Below are positions 9,411 to 17,971 of a stretch of DNA of 64,000 nucleotides, piece after piece (the first letter of the stretch is position 1; each line of letters starts with the position of its first letter). Source of the stretch: Candidatus Latescibacterota bacterium (GTDB lineage: Bacteria; Latescibacterota; UBA2968; UBA8231); NCBI GenBank assembly GCA_965261395.1, contig OZ253462.1, positions 3,840,001 through 3,904,000 on the forward strand. Direction: 5' to 3'. The translations under genes and the position numbers were made by a program. The notes beneath the pieces are model-generated. The model had not been told where the DNA came from. It did no database searches and worked only from the letters and a program-made list of their open reading frames with translations.

Positions 9411-10703
9411 ATGGCAATGAGCAAGTTGGCCTTTTGCGGTGGTTGCAAGGCCGTCACCGCTGACGAAGGCGATATTTTTCGCTGGCCGATCATCACCGCC
9501 GAGGACGAGGCGGCCGTGCTGGATGTGCTGCGTCGCGGGGCGATGTCGGGCTGGGACCTAACCCTGGCCTTTGAAGAGGACTTGAAGTCCTACTTCGGCT
9601 TGCAGCACGCCCTCTGCCACAACACGGGCACGGCAGCGATCCAGGCCGCGCTGTGGGCCTGCGGCGTCGGCGTTGGTGACGAGGTCATCTCGCAGAGCAT
9701 GACCTTTTGGGGCACGTCACTCCAAGTGTTCTCACTGGGGGGGACGGTGGTGTTTTCCGAGATTGACCCTGACACCCTGACGATGGACCCCAACGATATT
9801 GAGCACCGCATTACCGAGCGGACGAAGGCCATTGTCCCCGTGCATTACTGCGCCTATCCAGCCGATATGGATCCGATCATGGAAATTGCCGAGCGGCACG
9901 GGCTGAAGGTGGTTGAAGATGTCTCGCACGCCCAAGGTGGTCGCTACAAGGGGCGGCTGCTGGGTACAATCGGCCACATCGGTGCAATGTCGATTATGTC
10001 GGGCAAGTCGCTGGCCTGCGGCGAGGGTGGCTTTTTTGTCTCCGACGACCAAGCTCTGTACGAGCGCGCCGCGGCCTTTGGGCACTATGAGCGCACCCGA
10101 TCCATAGAAGATCTCGCGCTGAGGCCTTTTGCCGGGATGCCGCTGGGCGGATATAAATATCGGATGCATCAGTTGTCTTCGGCGGTGGGTCGCACGCAGC
10201 TAAAGTACTACAATGAGCGGATGCAGGAGATCCAGCGGGCGATGAATTACTTCTGGGACCTGCTAGAAGGCGTCCCGGGTATCAAGGCGCATCGGCCTCT
10301 GGCCGATAGCGGCTCGACGATGGGCGGCTGGTACGCGGCCAAGGGGTTGTACGCGCCCGAGGAGTTAGGTGGCTTGCCGGTCGAGCGCTTTTGCGCGGCG
10401 GTTACGGCCGAGACTGGGGCGTACAAGATCATGCCGGGTGCCAATGAGCTGATGCACCTGCACCCGGTACTCAACGAGGCCGATATCTACGGACACGGCC
10501 AACCCACGCGCATCGCTCACTCCAACCGCGATCTGCGGCAGGGGCCGGGTAGCCTGCCGGTGACCGAGCGCATGACCGGCCGCATCTATTCGATTCCGTG
10601 GTTTAAGCACTGCGACGCCACAATCATCGGGCAATACGCCACGGCCTTCCGCAAGGTGGCCGAGTGCGCGGATGAGCTGCTAGAGGATGGACGAGATGGG
10701 TGA
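9411..10703 (+). CDS. DegT/DnrJ/EryC1/StrS PLP-dependent aminotransferase
   Basis: GVGVGDEV, EDVSHAQG, SGKSLACGEGG (catalytic Lys). Confidence 0.92.
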   Translation: MAMSKLAFCGGCKAVTADEGDIFRWPIITAEDEAAVLDVLRRGAMSGWDLTLAFEEDLKSYFGLQHALCHNTGTAAIQAALWACGVGVGDEVISQSMTFWGTSLQVFSLGGTVVFSEIDPDTLTMDPNDIEHRITERTKAIVPVHYCAYPADMDPIMEIAERHGLKVVEDVSHAQGGRYKGRLLGTIGHIGAMSIMSGKSLACGEGGFFVSDDQALYERAAAFGHYERTRSIEDLALRPFAGMPLGGYKYRMHQLSSAVGRTQLKYYNERMQEIQRAMNYFWDLLEGVPGIKAHRPLADSGSTMGGWYAAKGLYAPEELGGLPVERFCAAVTAETGAYKIMPGANELMHLHPVLNEADIYGHGQPTRIAHSNRDLRQGPGSLPVTERMTGRIYSIPWFKHCDATIIGQYATAFRKVAECADELLEDGRDG

Positions 10704-11484
10704 TCCGTTGAGAGTGCGGCTGTTTGGGTACGGGGTACCTTATCGAGTGGAAGTAGGTGAAGCGGGGGCGGTTGCGCCGCGGCCTACGGATGCAGCGGGC
10801 GAGGCCGAGCGCCTTTGCGGTGCCTTGCGCCAGTTGCGCGGAGAGGGCGATGGCTCTACGGATGGCGACTGGGTGTATTCGCTGCCCTTTGGGCGTTGCG
10901 GGGTACAAGGGCGGCCGCGCGAACATATCATCGCCCACTTCTGCGCCGAGGCGTATATAGATGTGCTCTCTATGGACGGGATAAAAACCGAGCCGCTCGC
11001 CGCTGGCGAGATCGCCGATATTGAGCCGGGGAGTGTCGTCCGGTTCCGCGCTCGGCCTTTGGAAAACCATCAAGTGCTCGTGGCTTTCCAGACCGAGGAC
11101 CGCACGCCGCTGTTGGGCCACGCCGCGCCCTTCACTCTCGACGGCGAGGTGCCCGACGACTGGCGCGAGCGGCTGGTTCAGTGCCACGCCGCCTTTGACG
11201 CCGCTGCTGCACGGGCATCCGGCGGCGGGCATCGGCCGCTGCTGGAACGCTTCTTTGGGGCGATGGCCGAAGCCCTAGCCGACGATCCTGCAATCACCGC
11301 CGCACAAGAGCAGGCGCGGCGCGAGGGTTCGTACGCGGTTGCAGAGGAGCAAGCTCTTTTCGACCGCCAGCGCGCCTTGCTCGGCGAAGAAGTCCTAGCC
11401 CGCATCCGCGACCAAGACGAGGCCGTGTTCCGCTTTCCGGGAATGTTCGGCGGAGTCGCGCCGCTTTTTAACCTAGTAGATTAA
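10687..11484 (+). CDS. Hypothetical protein, possibly a divergent cupin
   Basis: Overlaps the upstream stop; GEIADIEPGSVVRF resembles cupin motif 2. Confidence 0.55.
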   Translation: MDEMGDPLRVRLFGYGVPYRVEVGEAGAVAPRPTDAAGEAERLCGALRQLRGEGDGSTDGDWVYSLPFGRCGVQGRPREHIIAHFCAEAYIDVLSMDGIKTEPLAAGEIADIEPGSVVRFRARPLENHQVLVAFQTEDRTPLLGHAAPFTLDGEVPDDWRERLVQCHAAFDAAAARASGGGHRPLLERFFGAMAEALADDPAITAAQEQARREGSYAVAEEQALFDRQRALLGEEVLARIRDQDEAVFRFPGMFGGVAPLFNLVD

Positions 11485-11494
11485 GAGAAACGCA

Positions 11495-12460
11495 ATGGCA
11501 AAAAGGAAGATTCGCGTCGGCCTAATCGGCTGTGGCGGCAACATGCGTGGTGCCCACATTCCCCGGCTAAAAGCCGACGGCCGCGTAGAGCTGGTGGCGG
11601 TCGCCGATCCTGAGGAAGCATCGGCGCGGCAATTGCTGGAAGTATGGGGAGCTGAGGCCGCATATTACGCCGACTACCGGCAGATGATTGGCGCAGACGC
11701 GCTCGACGGGGTGCTGATTTCTTCGCCGCATTCGACTCACTACGAGCAGGCGCGCTACGCGCTAGAGCGGGATTTGCACGTCTTGGTCGAAAAACCCCTG
11801 ACGACGAAGGCGCGCCACGCCCAGGCCCTAATTGATCTGGCTGCCGAGCGGGAGCGCCTATTGGTCGTCAGCTATCAGCGCAATTTTTACCCGGCGTATG
11901 CGTATGCGCGGGAACTGGTACAGAAGGGGAGCCTCGGCGAGCTCAAGGGGGTCGTCGCGTACGTGACGCAAAATTGGGGCGGCAAGGGATGGCGGATGGT
12001 GCCCGAGCTGGCAGGAGGCGGGATGTTTATGGACACCGGCAGTCACTTGGTGGCCGCGGTGCTGTGGATTACCGGCTTGACGCCGGTAAAGGTCTCGGCC
12101 TTCATGGACAAGCGGGGCAAGCGGGTGGATATGGATGCCGTGATCAATGCGCGGTTTCGCGGCGGCGCGCTGGGGTCGTTGAGTTTTATCGGCAGTGCGA
12201 GCCGACACGACGAGCGGCTGGCCATCCACGGCGACGAGGGGACCTTGGTCTTTCATTTGCACCAGTGGCAGGTGCGGGCGGTGTTGCTGAATGGGGAGCC
12301 GTTGGAGGTGCCCAAGCGGGTGAAGGAAGATACGCCAGACGCGGCCTTTTTGCGCTGGATTCGCAACGGTGGCAAGGGCTATGAGCTGGCGAATTTTGCC
12401 GTGCAGGTAGCCAAGTTCACCGAGGCTGCGTATCGGTCGCTGGAGCAGAAGCGGCGGTGA
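11495..12460 (+). CDS. Gfo/Idh/MocA oxidoreductase
   Basis: GLIGCG, HVLVEKP, GGGMFMDTGSH. Confidence 0.93.
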   Translation: MAKRKIRVGLIGCGGNMRGAHIPRLKADGRVELVAVADPEEASARQLLEVWGAEAAYYADYRQMIGADALDGVLISSPHSTHYEQARYALERDLHVLVEKPLTTKARHAQALIDLAAERERLLVVSYQRNFYPAYAYARELVQKGSLGELKGVVAYVTQNWGGKGWRMVPELAGGGMFMDTGSHLVAAVLWITGLTPVKVSAFMDKRGKRVDMDAVINARFRGGALGSLSFIGSASRHDERLAIHGDEGTLVFHLHQWQVRAVLLNGEPLEVPKRVKEDTPDAAFLRWIRNGGKGYELANFAVQVAKFTEAAYRSLEQKRR

Positions 12461-14130
12461 TTGCGTACGCGCCGCTCGTCGGCGAACTGGATCAGCAGGT
12501 CGAGGGGGTTCTGACGCGCCAAGTGTTGGACGCGGCAAGCCCCTACTGCGGCGGCTTTATGGACAGTGACCGGCTGGTGGGTTCGCAAAGCATCAGCGCG
12601 GTTGCGTCACTTGGCTACGCCTATCTATTGCCCGAATCGCGTCACTACCGAAGCGAAGAGTTCTTGCAGCGGATCCTCCTAGCCGCTGAGTTTGCCCGCC
12701 GGCATCGGAACCCGTCGGGTTGTTTCGACTTGCTGACCACCAATTTCGACTCGGCCCCGGACACCGGTTTTGTGGTGCAGGCCATCGCACCGGTCGTATT
12801 TGCGGCGCGGCAACAGACTACAGACGACGCGGGAGCCGCAGCAATCGCCGAAGCCCTCGGCGAGTTGATACGAACCGGAGCGCCGGGCATGGTCGCCGGC
12901 GGCTTCCACACGCCCAATCATCGCTGGGTGCTAGTCGCCGCACTGGCCCAAGCCCAAGCCCTCTATCCAGAGTTGGAGGTGGGCGAGACCGTGGATGCGT
13001 ACCTCGACGAAGGCATTGATATCAACGCCGACGGCGAGTATAGCGAACGGAGTACGGGCGTGTACAATGCGGTGGTCAACCGCGCCTTAATCCGCGCGGC
13101 GCACGTGCTTGAACGGCCCGACCTGCTGGAGCCGGTGCGGCGCAACTTGGATTTGTCCTACCATCTCCTCCACGCCGACGCCACCGCGGTGACCAGCATT
13201 TCCAAGCGGCAGGACCGCGACACGCGGGCCGTGCCGACCGGTTTGGCCGACGGCTATCACGCCTTGGCCCATTTAGACGACAATGGCTTGTACGCGGCTG
13301 TGGCCGACCTGTTGGTCGCGCGCGGCGGCGGTTTGGTCTGTCTGCCGAACTACGTCCTGTATCCCGAATGGCGAGCGGATTGTCTCAAGCGGACGCCCTT
13401 GCCCGAGCACTATAGCCGCGTCTATCCCGCGTCCGGCCTGTGGCGGGTGCGCCGGGGCGCGGTGAGTGCTACGGCTGCGGCGGGCCTGACCGCGCCCTTT
13501 AGCGTGGTCTGCGGGCAGGCCGAATTGGCGGCGGTGAAGATATCATCGACCTATTTTGCCACCGGACAATTTGTCGGTGAGGAGTTTGCTGCGTCTGGCA
13601 AAGGGGTGCGGATGCAGCACAAGGGCCGCAACCGCATCTACCCGGAAAAGGATTACGTAGGGGGGATTTACTGGCTGCCGATTGCCGAGCAGGTGAATGC
13701 CGACAATTGGAGCCAAGTGCGGGGTCGGCGGGAAACGTATGAACTGCCGCCGCTGGAAGTCGAGTTGCACATCGAGCCAGTGACCGGCGGTTTTGACCTC
13801 CACATCCGTACCTCAGGAGGCGTTGAAGGGGTGCCCTTTCAGATTGAGGGGGTCTTCGCTCCGGGCGGAACCTTGGAGATGGATAGCGCGCTCGTCGAGG
13901 GCCGTGCCGGGCACACGGTCTTTCTCAAAGCGGGGCACGCACTCTACCGAGTGGGCGACGACGCCATCCGCATTGGCCCGGGGGCCATGGAGCACACCAT
14001 GTGGCGGATGCGCAATAGCGAGATCAACGAAGGGCGTTTGCGGGTGCTCATCGCCCTGCGGACGCCGGTGGCGCGGACTTTGGAAATCCGCTGTGGGCAG
14101 TGGTCGGACGCGAAGGGTGGGTTTTTATAG
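12457..14130 (+). CDS. Conserved hypothetical protein, possibly heparinase II/III-like (helical domain plus beta domain)
   Basis: 557-aa ORF coupled to upstream gene; GGFHTPNHRW and DGEYSERSTGVY motifs; fold is inferred. Confidence 0.6.
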   Translation: MIAYAPLVGELDQQVEGVLTRQVLDAASPYCGGFMDSDRLVGSQSISAVASLGYAYLLPESRHYRSEEFLQRILLAAEFARRHRNPSGCFDLLTTNFDSAPDTGFVVQAIAPVVFAARQQTTDDAGAAAIAEALGELIRTGAPGMVAGGFHTPNHRWVLVAALAQAQALYPELEVGETVDAYLDEGIDINADGEYSERSTGVYNAVVNRALIRAAHVLERPDLLEPVRRNLDLSYHLLHADATAVTSISKRQDRDTRAVPTGLADGYHALAHLDDNGLYAAVADLLVARGGGLVCLPNYVLYPEWRADCLKRTPLPEHYSRVYPASGLWRVRRGAVSATAAAGLTAPFSVVCGQAELAAVKISSTYFATGQFVGEEFAASGKGVRMQHKGRNRIYPEKDYVGGIYWLPIAEQVNADNWSQVRGRRETYELPPLEVELHIEPVTGGFDLHIRTSGGVEGVPFQIEGVFAPGGTLEMDSALVEGRAGHTVFLKAGHALYRVGDDAIRIGPGAMEHTMWRMRNSEINEGRLRVLIALRTPVARTLEIRCGQWSDAKGGFL

Positions 14131-14772
14131 GCTTCCCCCGGCCCACTGCACTCCTTGCACCATCATCTGCTGCATGCCTAGACACGCAAATGTTCCCGGA
14201 CCATGTCCCAACGCCGTATAAAATACTCGCCCTTCGCCGTAGGACTTGACCCACGCTAGGGGATGCTGCTTGCCGCTCCACTCGGCTGTGGCCAAAATGC
14301 GGATGGCCGGGTCCCACGCCGACATGTAAATCTCGTCTTCCACGTCAAAGTCGGGCACGCCCTGCGTAACGGGATGATCGCTGTCAGTAATGGAGACGGT
14401 GAAGGTCAATCCCGGCGGATGCCAGTTGGCGTGACCGCCAATCAGGTCCACAGCTTTGCCGCCAATACACCACGCAGTGCCGTGGATGCCGACCAAGCCT
14501 TTGCCACCGGCGACAAAATCGAACAGCCCCTCTTCTTGCGCGGGCGTCAGTACGGGCACTTGCTGCACGGTGCCGTCTTCCTGCCGCTCGCCTCGCGTGA
14601 AGCCGGTGCCGTGGACCAGCACATCGAAATCTCGCAGACCATCTGACGCCAACACGTCCTTGTCGTCGTCAAGCGCGACGGACAAATCGTCGTACGAGCT
14701 CAAAAACTCGTGGATGACCGGGGCAGTGGCTGCAAACCCATGGTTTGAGCCGGATAAAATTAGGACGTTCAT
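14125..14772 (-). CDS. ThuA-domain protein
   Basis: GKGLVGIH, HPVTQG, DEIY, YGEGRVFYTALGH. Confidence 0.9.
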   Translation of the reverse strand: MNVLILSGSNHGFAATAPVIHEFLSSYDDLSVALDDDKDVLASDGLRDFDVLVHGTGFTRGERQEDGTVQQVPVLTPAQEEGLFDFVAGGKGLVGIHGTAWCIGGKAVDLIGGHANWHPPGLTFTVSITDSDHPVTQGVPDFDVEDEIYMSAWDPAIRILATAEWSGKQHPLAWVKSYGEGRVFYTALGHGPGTFACLGMQQMMVQGVQWAGGSL

Positions 14773-14867
14773 ATGGCCTCCTGTGTTAGGGTAGTGGTTG
14801 TCGGCATATTCCCGTGCATATTGCTGTTTGGTTCTAATTGGCCGAGGACGTCAGATGGCGACTTCTC

Positions 14868-15995
14868 TCATACGGCATAGGATACCGAGCCGTCGGCGCG
14901 CAGGGGTGTGGAGGCGTTGTTGATGGGTTTGTAGGGCGTTTGCTCGATCAAGTCCTCATCCAACTCCACGCCGAGGCCCGGGGCTTGGGGGATCGGGATG
15001 TACCCACCCTCGCGCTTATATGAGCACCGATAGACCGCGTGGTGCGGGCCTTCGTCGCCTTTGGTGTATTCTTGGGTAATAAAGTTGGGAATCGAGGCGT
15101 CGAGGTGCAGGGAGGCGGCGGTAATCAGCGGTCCCAAGAAGTTGTGGGTCACCACAGCGCAGTGATAGGCCTCGCCGATGGCGGCGATTTTTTTGCAGTG
15201 CGAGATGCCGCCAGCCAAGGCCACATCCGGCCGCAAATACTGGGGGCCGCCCTGCTCCAACAACTCGCGGAACTCCCATATAGACACGAATCGCTCGCCG
15301 TTGCCAAAGGGCACGGTGGATTTCTGCGCGATGTGGGCTTGGGCCGAGATGCTGTCGATCTGGATCGGATCTTCGAGGAAGAAGACGTGGAAGGGCTTGA
15401 GGGCCTCGGCGAGGGCTATGGAGACCATGGGCGTCAGCTTGCGGTGCAGCTCGATAATCAGGTCCAAATCCGGGCCGCCGGCTTCGCGCGCGGCCGCGGT
15501 CAGCTCGACGGCGGTTTGGATCATCCGCGCTTGGCCCTTGTCGTGGCAGTCCGTGGTGACCGGGTCGAACTTGATGGCGGTAAAGCCCTCGGCGACAGCA
15601 GCTTGGGCGGCGTTGAAGTTGGCTTCCGGGGTGCTACCCCCAGAGAGCAGGTGTAGGCGGATCTTGTCGCGGACATTGCCGCCCAACAGCTCCCACACCG
15701 GCACTTCGAAGTGCTTGCCCTTGATGTCCCACAACGCGATATCCACGGCTGAGACGGCTCCCATGATGGCCGTGCCTCTGAAGGGGGCCATGCGGTAGAG
15801 GTACTGCCAGTGGTGTTCGATGCGGAGGGGATTTTGGCCAATGAGGTAGTCTTTGAAGACATCGACGATGCTCTGCACGGCCATGGGGTAGCCCCAGCAG
15901 GCGGTTTGGCCGATGCCGGTCAGGCCCGTATCCGTGGTAATGCGGACGATGTAGCCGTTGCCGATCAAGAGGGATTCGATCTGTTCGATTTTCAT
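14868..15995 (-). CDS. Mandelate racemase/galactonate dehydratase-like enolase-superfamily enzyme
   Basis: SAVDIALWDIKGK, KFD, ELH, EDP, GER, RPD motifs. Confidence 0.92.
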   Translation of the reverse strand: MKIEQIESLLIGNGYIVRITTDTGLTGIGQTACWGYPMAVQSIVDVFKDYLIGQNPLRIEHHWQYLYRMAPFRGTAIMGAVSAVDIALWDIKGKHFEVPVWELLGGNVRDKIRLHLLSGGSTPEANFNAAQAAVAEGFTAIKFDPVTTDCHDKGQARMIQTAVELTAAAREAGGPDLDLIIELHRKLTPMVSIALAEALKPFHVFFLEDPIQIDSISAQAHIAQKSTVPFGNGERFVSIWEFRELLEQGGPQYLRPDVALAGGISHCKKIAAIGEAYHCAVVTHNFLGPLITAASLHLDASIPNFITQEYTKGDEGPHHAVYRCSYKREGGYIPIPQAPGLGVELDEDLIEQTPYKPINNASTPLRADGSVSYAV

Positions 15996-16101
15996 TTTTG
16001 ATGCTCCGTGTATATCGTAAAGGGGCAGGGTTGGTTACTAGTATAAATAGGTAGCTTATTTATTGAAAACTGCGCGACTGCGCAAGCAAGGGGAGGGTAG
16101 T

Positions 16102-16857
16102 ATGGCACATTTGCGATTTGCAGCACCTGTGGAGCAGAGGGTGGCCCTGATTACGGGGGGGGCGCGCGGCATCGGGGGTGCGGCCGCACTGCGCTTGGCC
16201 GAGGCCGGGCGGCACATCGTCATTGTCGATGTGCTGGCGGAACCAGCGCGGGAACGGGTGCGGGAGATCGAGGCCATGGGGCAGCAGGCGCTCTTTGTCG
16301 ATACGGATGTGACCGACGAGGGGCAGGTGCACGAGGCGGTGGCCCAAGCGGTGGCGGCTTTTGGGCGGCTGGATATCCTAGTGTGCAGCGCCGGTATCTT
16401 GGGGTGGGAGAAACCCTTTTTCGAGCAGACAGCCGCGCAGTTTGCCAAGGTTATGCAGATCAATATCCATGGGGTGTACTATGCGCATCAGGCGGCGGTC
16501 CCGCACATGCTTGAGCAAGGGTGGGGGCGCTGCGTGACGATTTCTTCTGGGGCGCGTAACGGCAGCCCGAATCAGGTGCCGTACTCGGTGTCCAAGGGGG
16601 CGGTCTGGTCGTTTATTCAGGCACTGGGCGACGCTTGGCCGCGACAGGGGGTGTTTGTCAACGGCGTCGAGCCGGGCCGGGCGCTGACCGACATGGTGGT
16701 GCCGCGCTTTGACGAGGCGCATCTGCGCGACCCAGGTAACGCGATAGGGCGCTACTCAGACGCGGCAGAGGTGGCCGAGGTGATTGAGTTTTTGTGCTCG
16801 GAGCGGAATACGTACACTACGGGGTCGGTGTGGAGTGTGAAGGGGGGGAAAGGGTGA
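16102..16857 (+). CDS. SDR-family oxidoreductase
   Basis: TGGARGIG and YSVSK motifs. Confidence 0.93.
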   Translation: MAHLRFAAPVEQRVALITGGARGIGGAAALRLAEAGRHIVIVDVLAEPARERVREIEAMGQQALFVDTDVTDEGQVHEAVAQAVAAFGRLDILVCSAGILGWEKPFFEQTAAQFAKVMQINIHGVYYAHQAAVPHMLEQGWGRCVTISSGARNGSPNQVPYSVSKGAVWSFIQALGDAWPRQGVFVNGVEPGRALTDMVVPRFDEAHLRDPGNAIGRYSDAAEVAEVIEFLCSERNTYTTGSVWSVKGGKG

Positions 16858-16895
16858 GATAAAAGAGTAATAGCAATGGAGGAAAGGGAGGAATT

Positions 16896-17498
16896 ATGAA
16901 CGCTATCCATGAGACAGAAGACCTGAGACAGCGCGCCAATGAAGGCGATCCGGAAGCCCAGTATAACCTTGGCTGGAGGTATTCCGCCGGTCGTGGTGTG
17001 CCGCAAGACGATGAAGAGGCGGTGAAGTGGCTCCTTAAGGCAGCCGAGCGAGAACATGCTAAAAGTCAGAACGTCCTTGGCATGATGTATTCCATTGGAC
17101 ATGGCGTGCGGCAAGATGGCGTAGAGGCGGTGAAGTGGCTCCGTAAAGCAGCCGAGCAAGAGCTTGCTCAATCCCAGCATAACCTTGGCGCGATGTATGC
17201 CATTGGCAATGGTGTGCCGCAAGACTATGTGGAGGCGGTGAAGTGGCTCCGTAAAGCAGCCGAGCAAGGGCTTGCTCAATCCCAGCACGACCTTGGCGTA
17301 ATGTATGCAAATGGCAATGGTGTGCCGCAAAACTATATGGAGGCATACCTGTGGTGGAATCTCGCTGCGGCACAAGGTAACGAGGAAGCACGCCAAAAAC
17401 GCGATATAGTTGCCGAAATGTTGACCGCTTCTCAAGTTGCCGATGCCCACCCAGTGCCGGACCCGAGCACTCGAAAAGATAGAAGAGATTCACGATGA
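16896..17498 (+). CDS. Sel1-like repeat protein
   Basis: About four 36-aa repeats AQ.NLG.MY..G.GVPQD..EAVKW.RKAAEQG. Confidence 0.93.
   Translation: MNAIHETEDLRQRANEGDPEAQYNLGWRYSAGRGVPQDDEEAVKWLLKAAEREHAKSQNVLGMMYSIGHGVRQDGVEAVKWLRKAAEQELAQSQHNLGAMYAIGNGVPQDYVEAVKWLRKAAEQGLAQSQHDLGVMYANGNGVPQNYMEAYLWWNLAAAQGNEEARQKRDIVAEMLTASQVADAHPVPDPSTRKDRRDSR
17020..17345 (+). repeat. 108-bp coding tandem repeats (Sel1 units)
   Basis: GAGGCGGTGAAGTGGCTCC recurs at 108-bp spacing. Confidence 0.85.
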
Positions 17499-17935
17499 AT
17501 GAAGAAGAAAAATTTGAGGAGGCAATCCAACAGAAGTTCTACCAAACAAGTAAAATACACTGGAATCTGGAGTCGGTTTTTATTATCACCACCGAAGACA
17601 AGCTCCGGCTCTGTCTACACAAAAATATTGACCGTCTCGATGTCAAACGGAAGTGGTGGACACCATTGGCTCTCTTCGTGTCCCTCCTTCTTGCACTAAC
17701 CACGGCTGAATTCAAAGAGCAATTCACTATTCCCGCAGCAACTTGGCTTGCGATTTTCTTAATCGCGGCGGCAGTCACATTCCTCTGGACTATTAAGGCT
17801 ATATGGAAAGCAAGTGGAGTCGAAGTATCTGTTGAATCAATCGTATCCGAAATCAAGCAGCCACCTACAGAAGACAAGAAAAGCACCAAAACCATCAAGA
17901 GTAGGGTTACTGAGTTTCTGAAGAATCTGTTCTAA
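17495..17935 (+). CDS. Hypothetical two-TM membrane protein
   Basis: ATGA overlap with the Sel1 gene; two hydrophobic helices; AT-richer than the flanks. Confidence 0.75.
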   Translation: MNEEEKFEEAIQQKFYQTSKIHWNLESVFIITTEDKLRLCLHKNIDRLDVKRKWWTPLALFVSLLLALTTAEFKEQFTIPAATWLAIFLIAAAVTFLWTIKAIWKASGVEVSVESIVSEIKQPPTEDKKSTKTIKSRVTEFLKNLF

Positions 17936-17971
17936 TTTTACCCCATGTAGCATTTCCCACAGGGACAAGCA

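Noticed and set aside
16752-17450. 232-aa antisense ORF with repeats
   Set aside because: It is the antisense shadow of the Sel1 repeats
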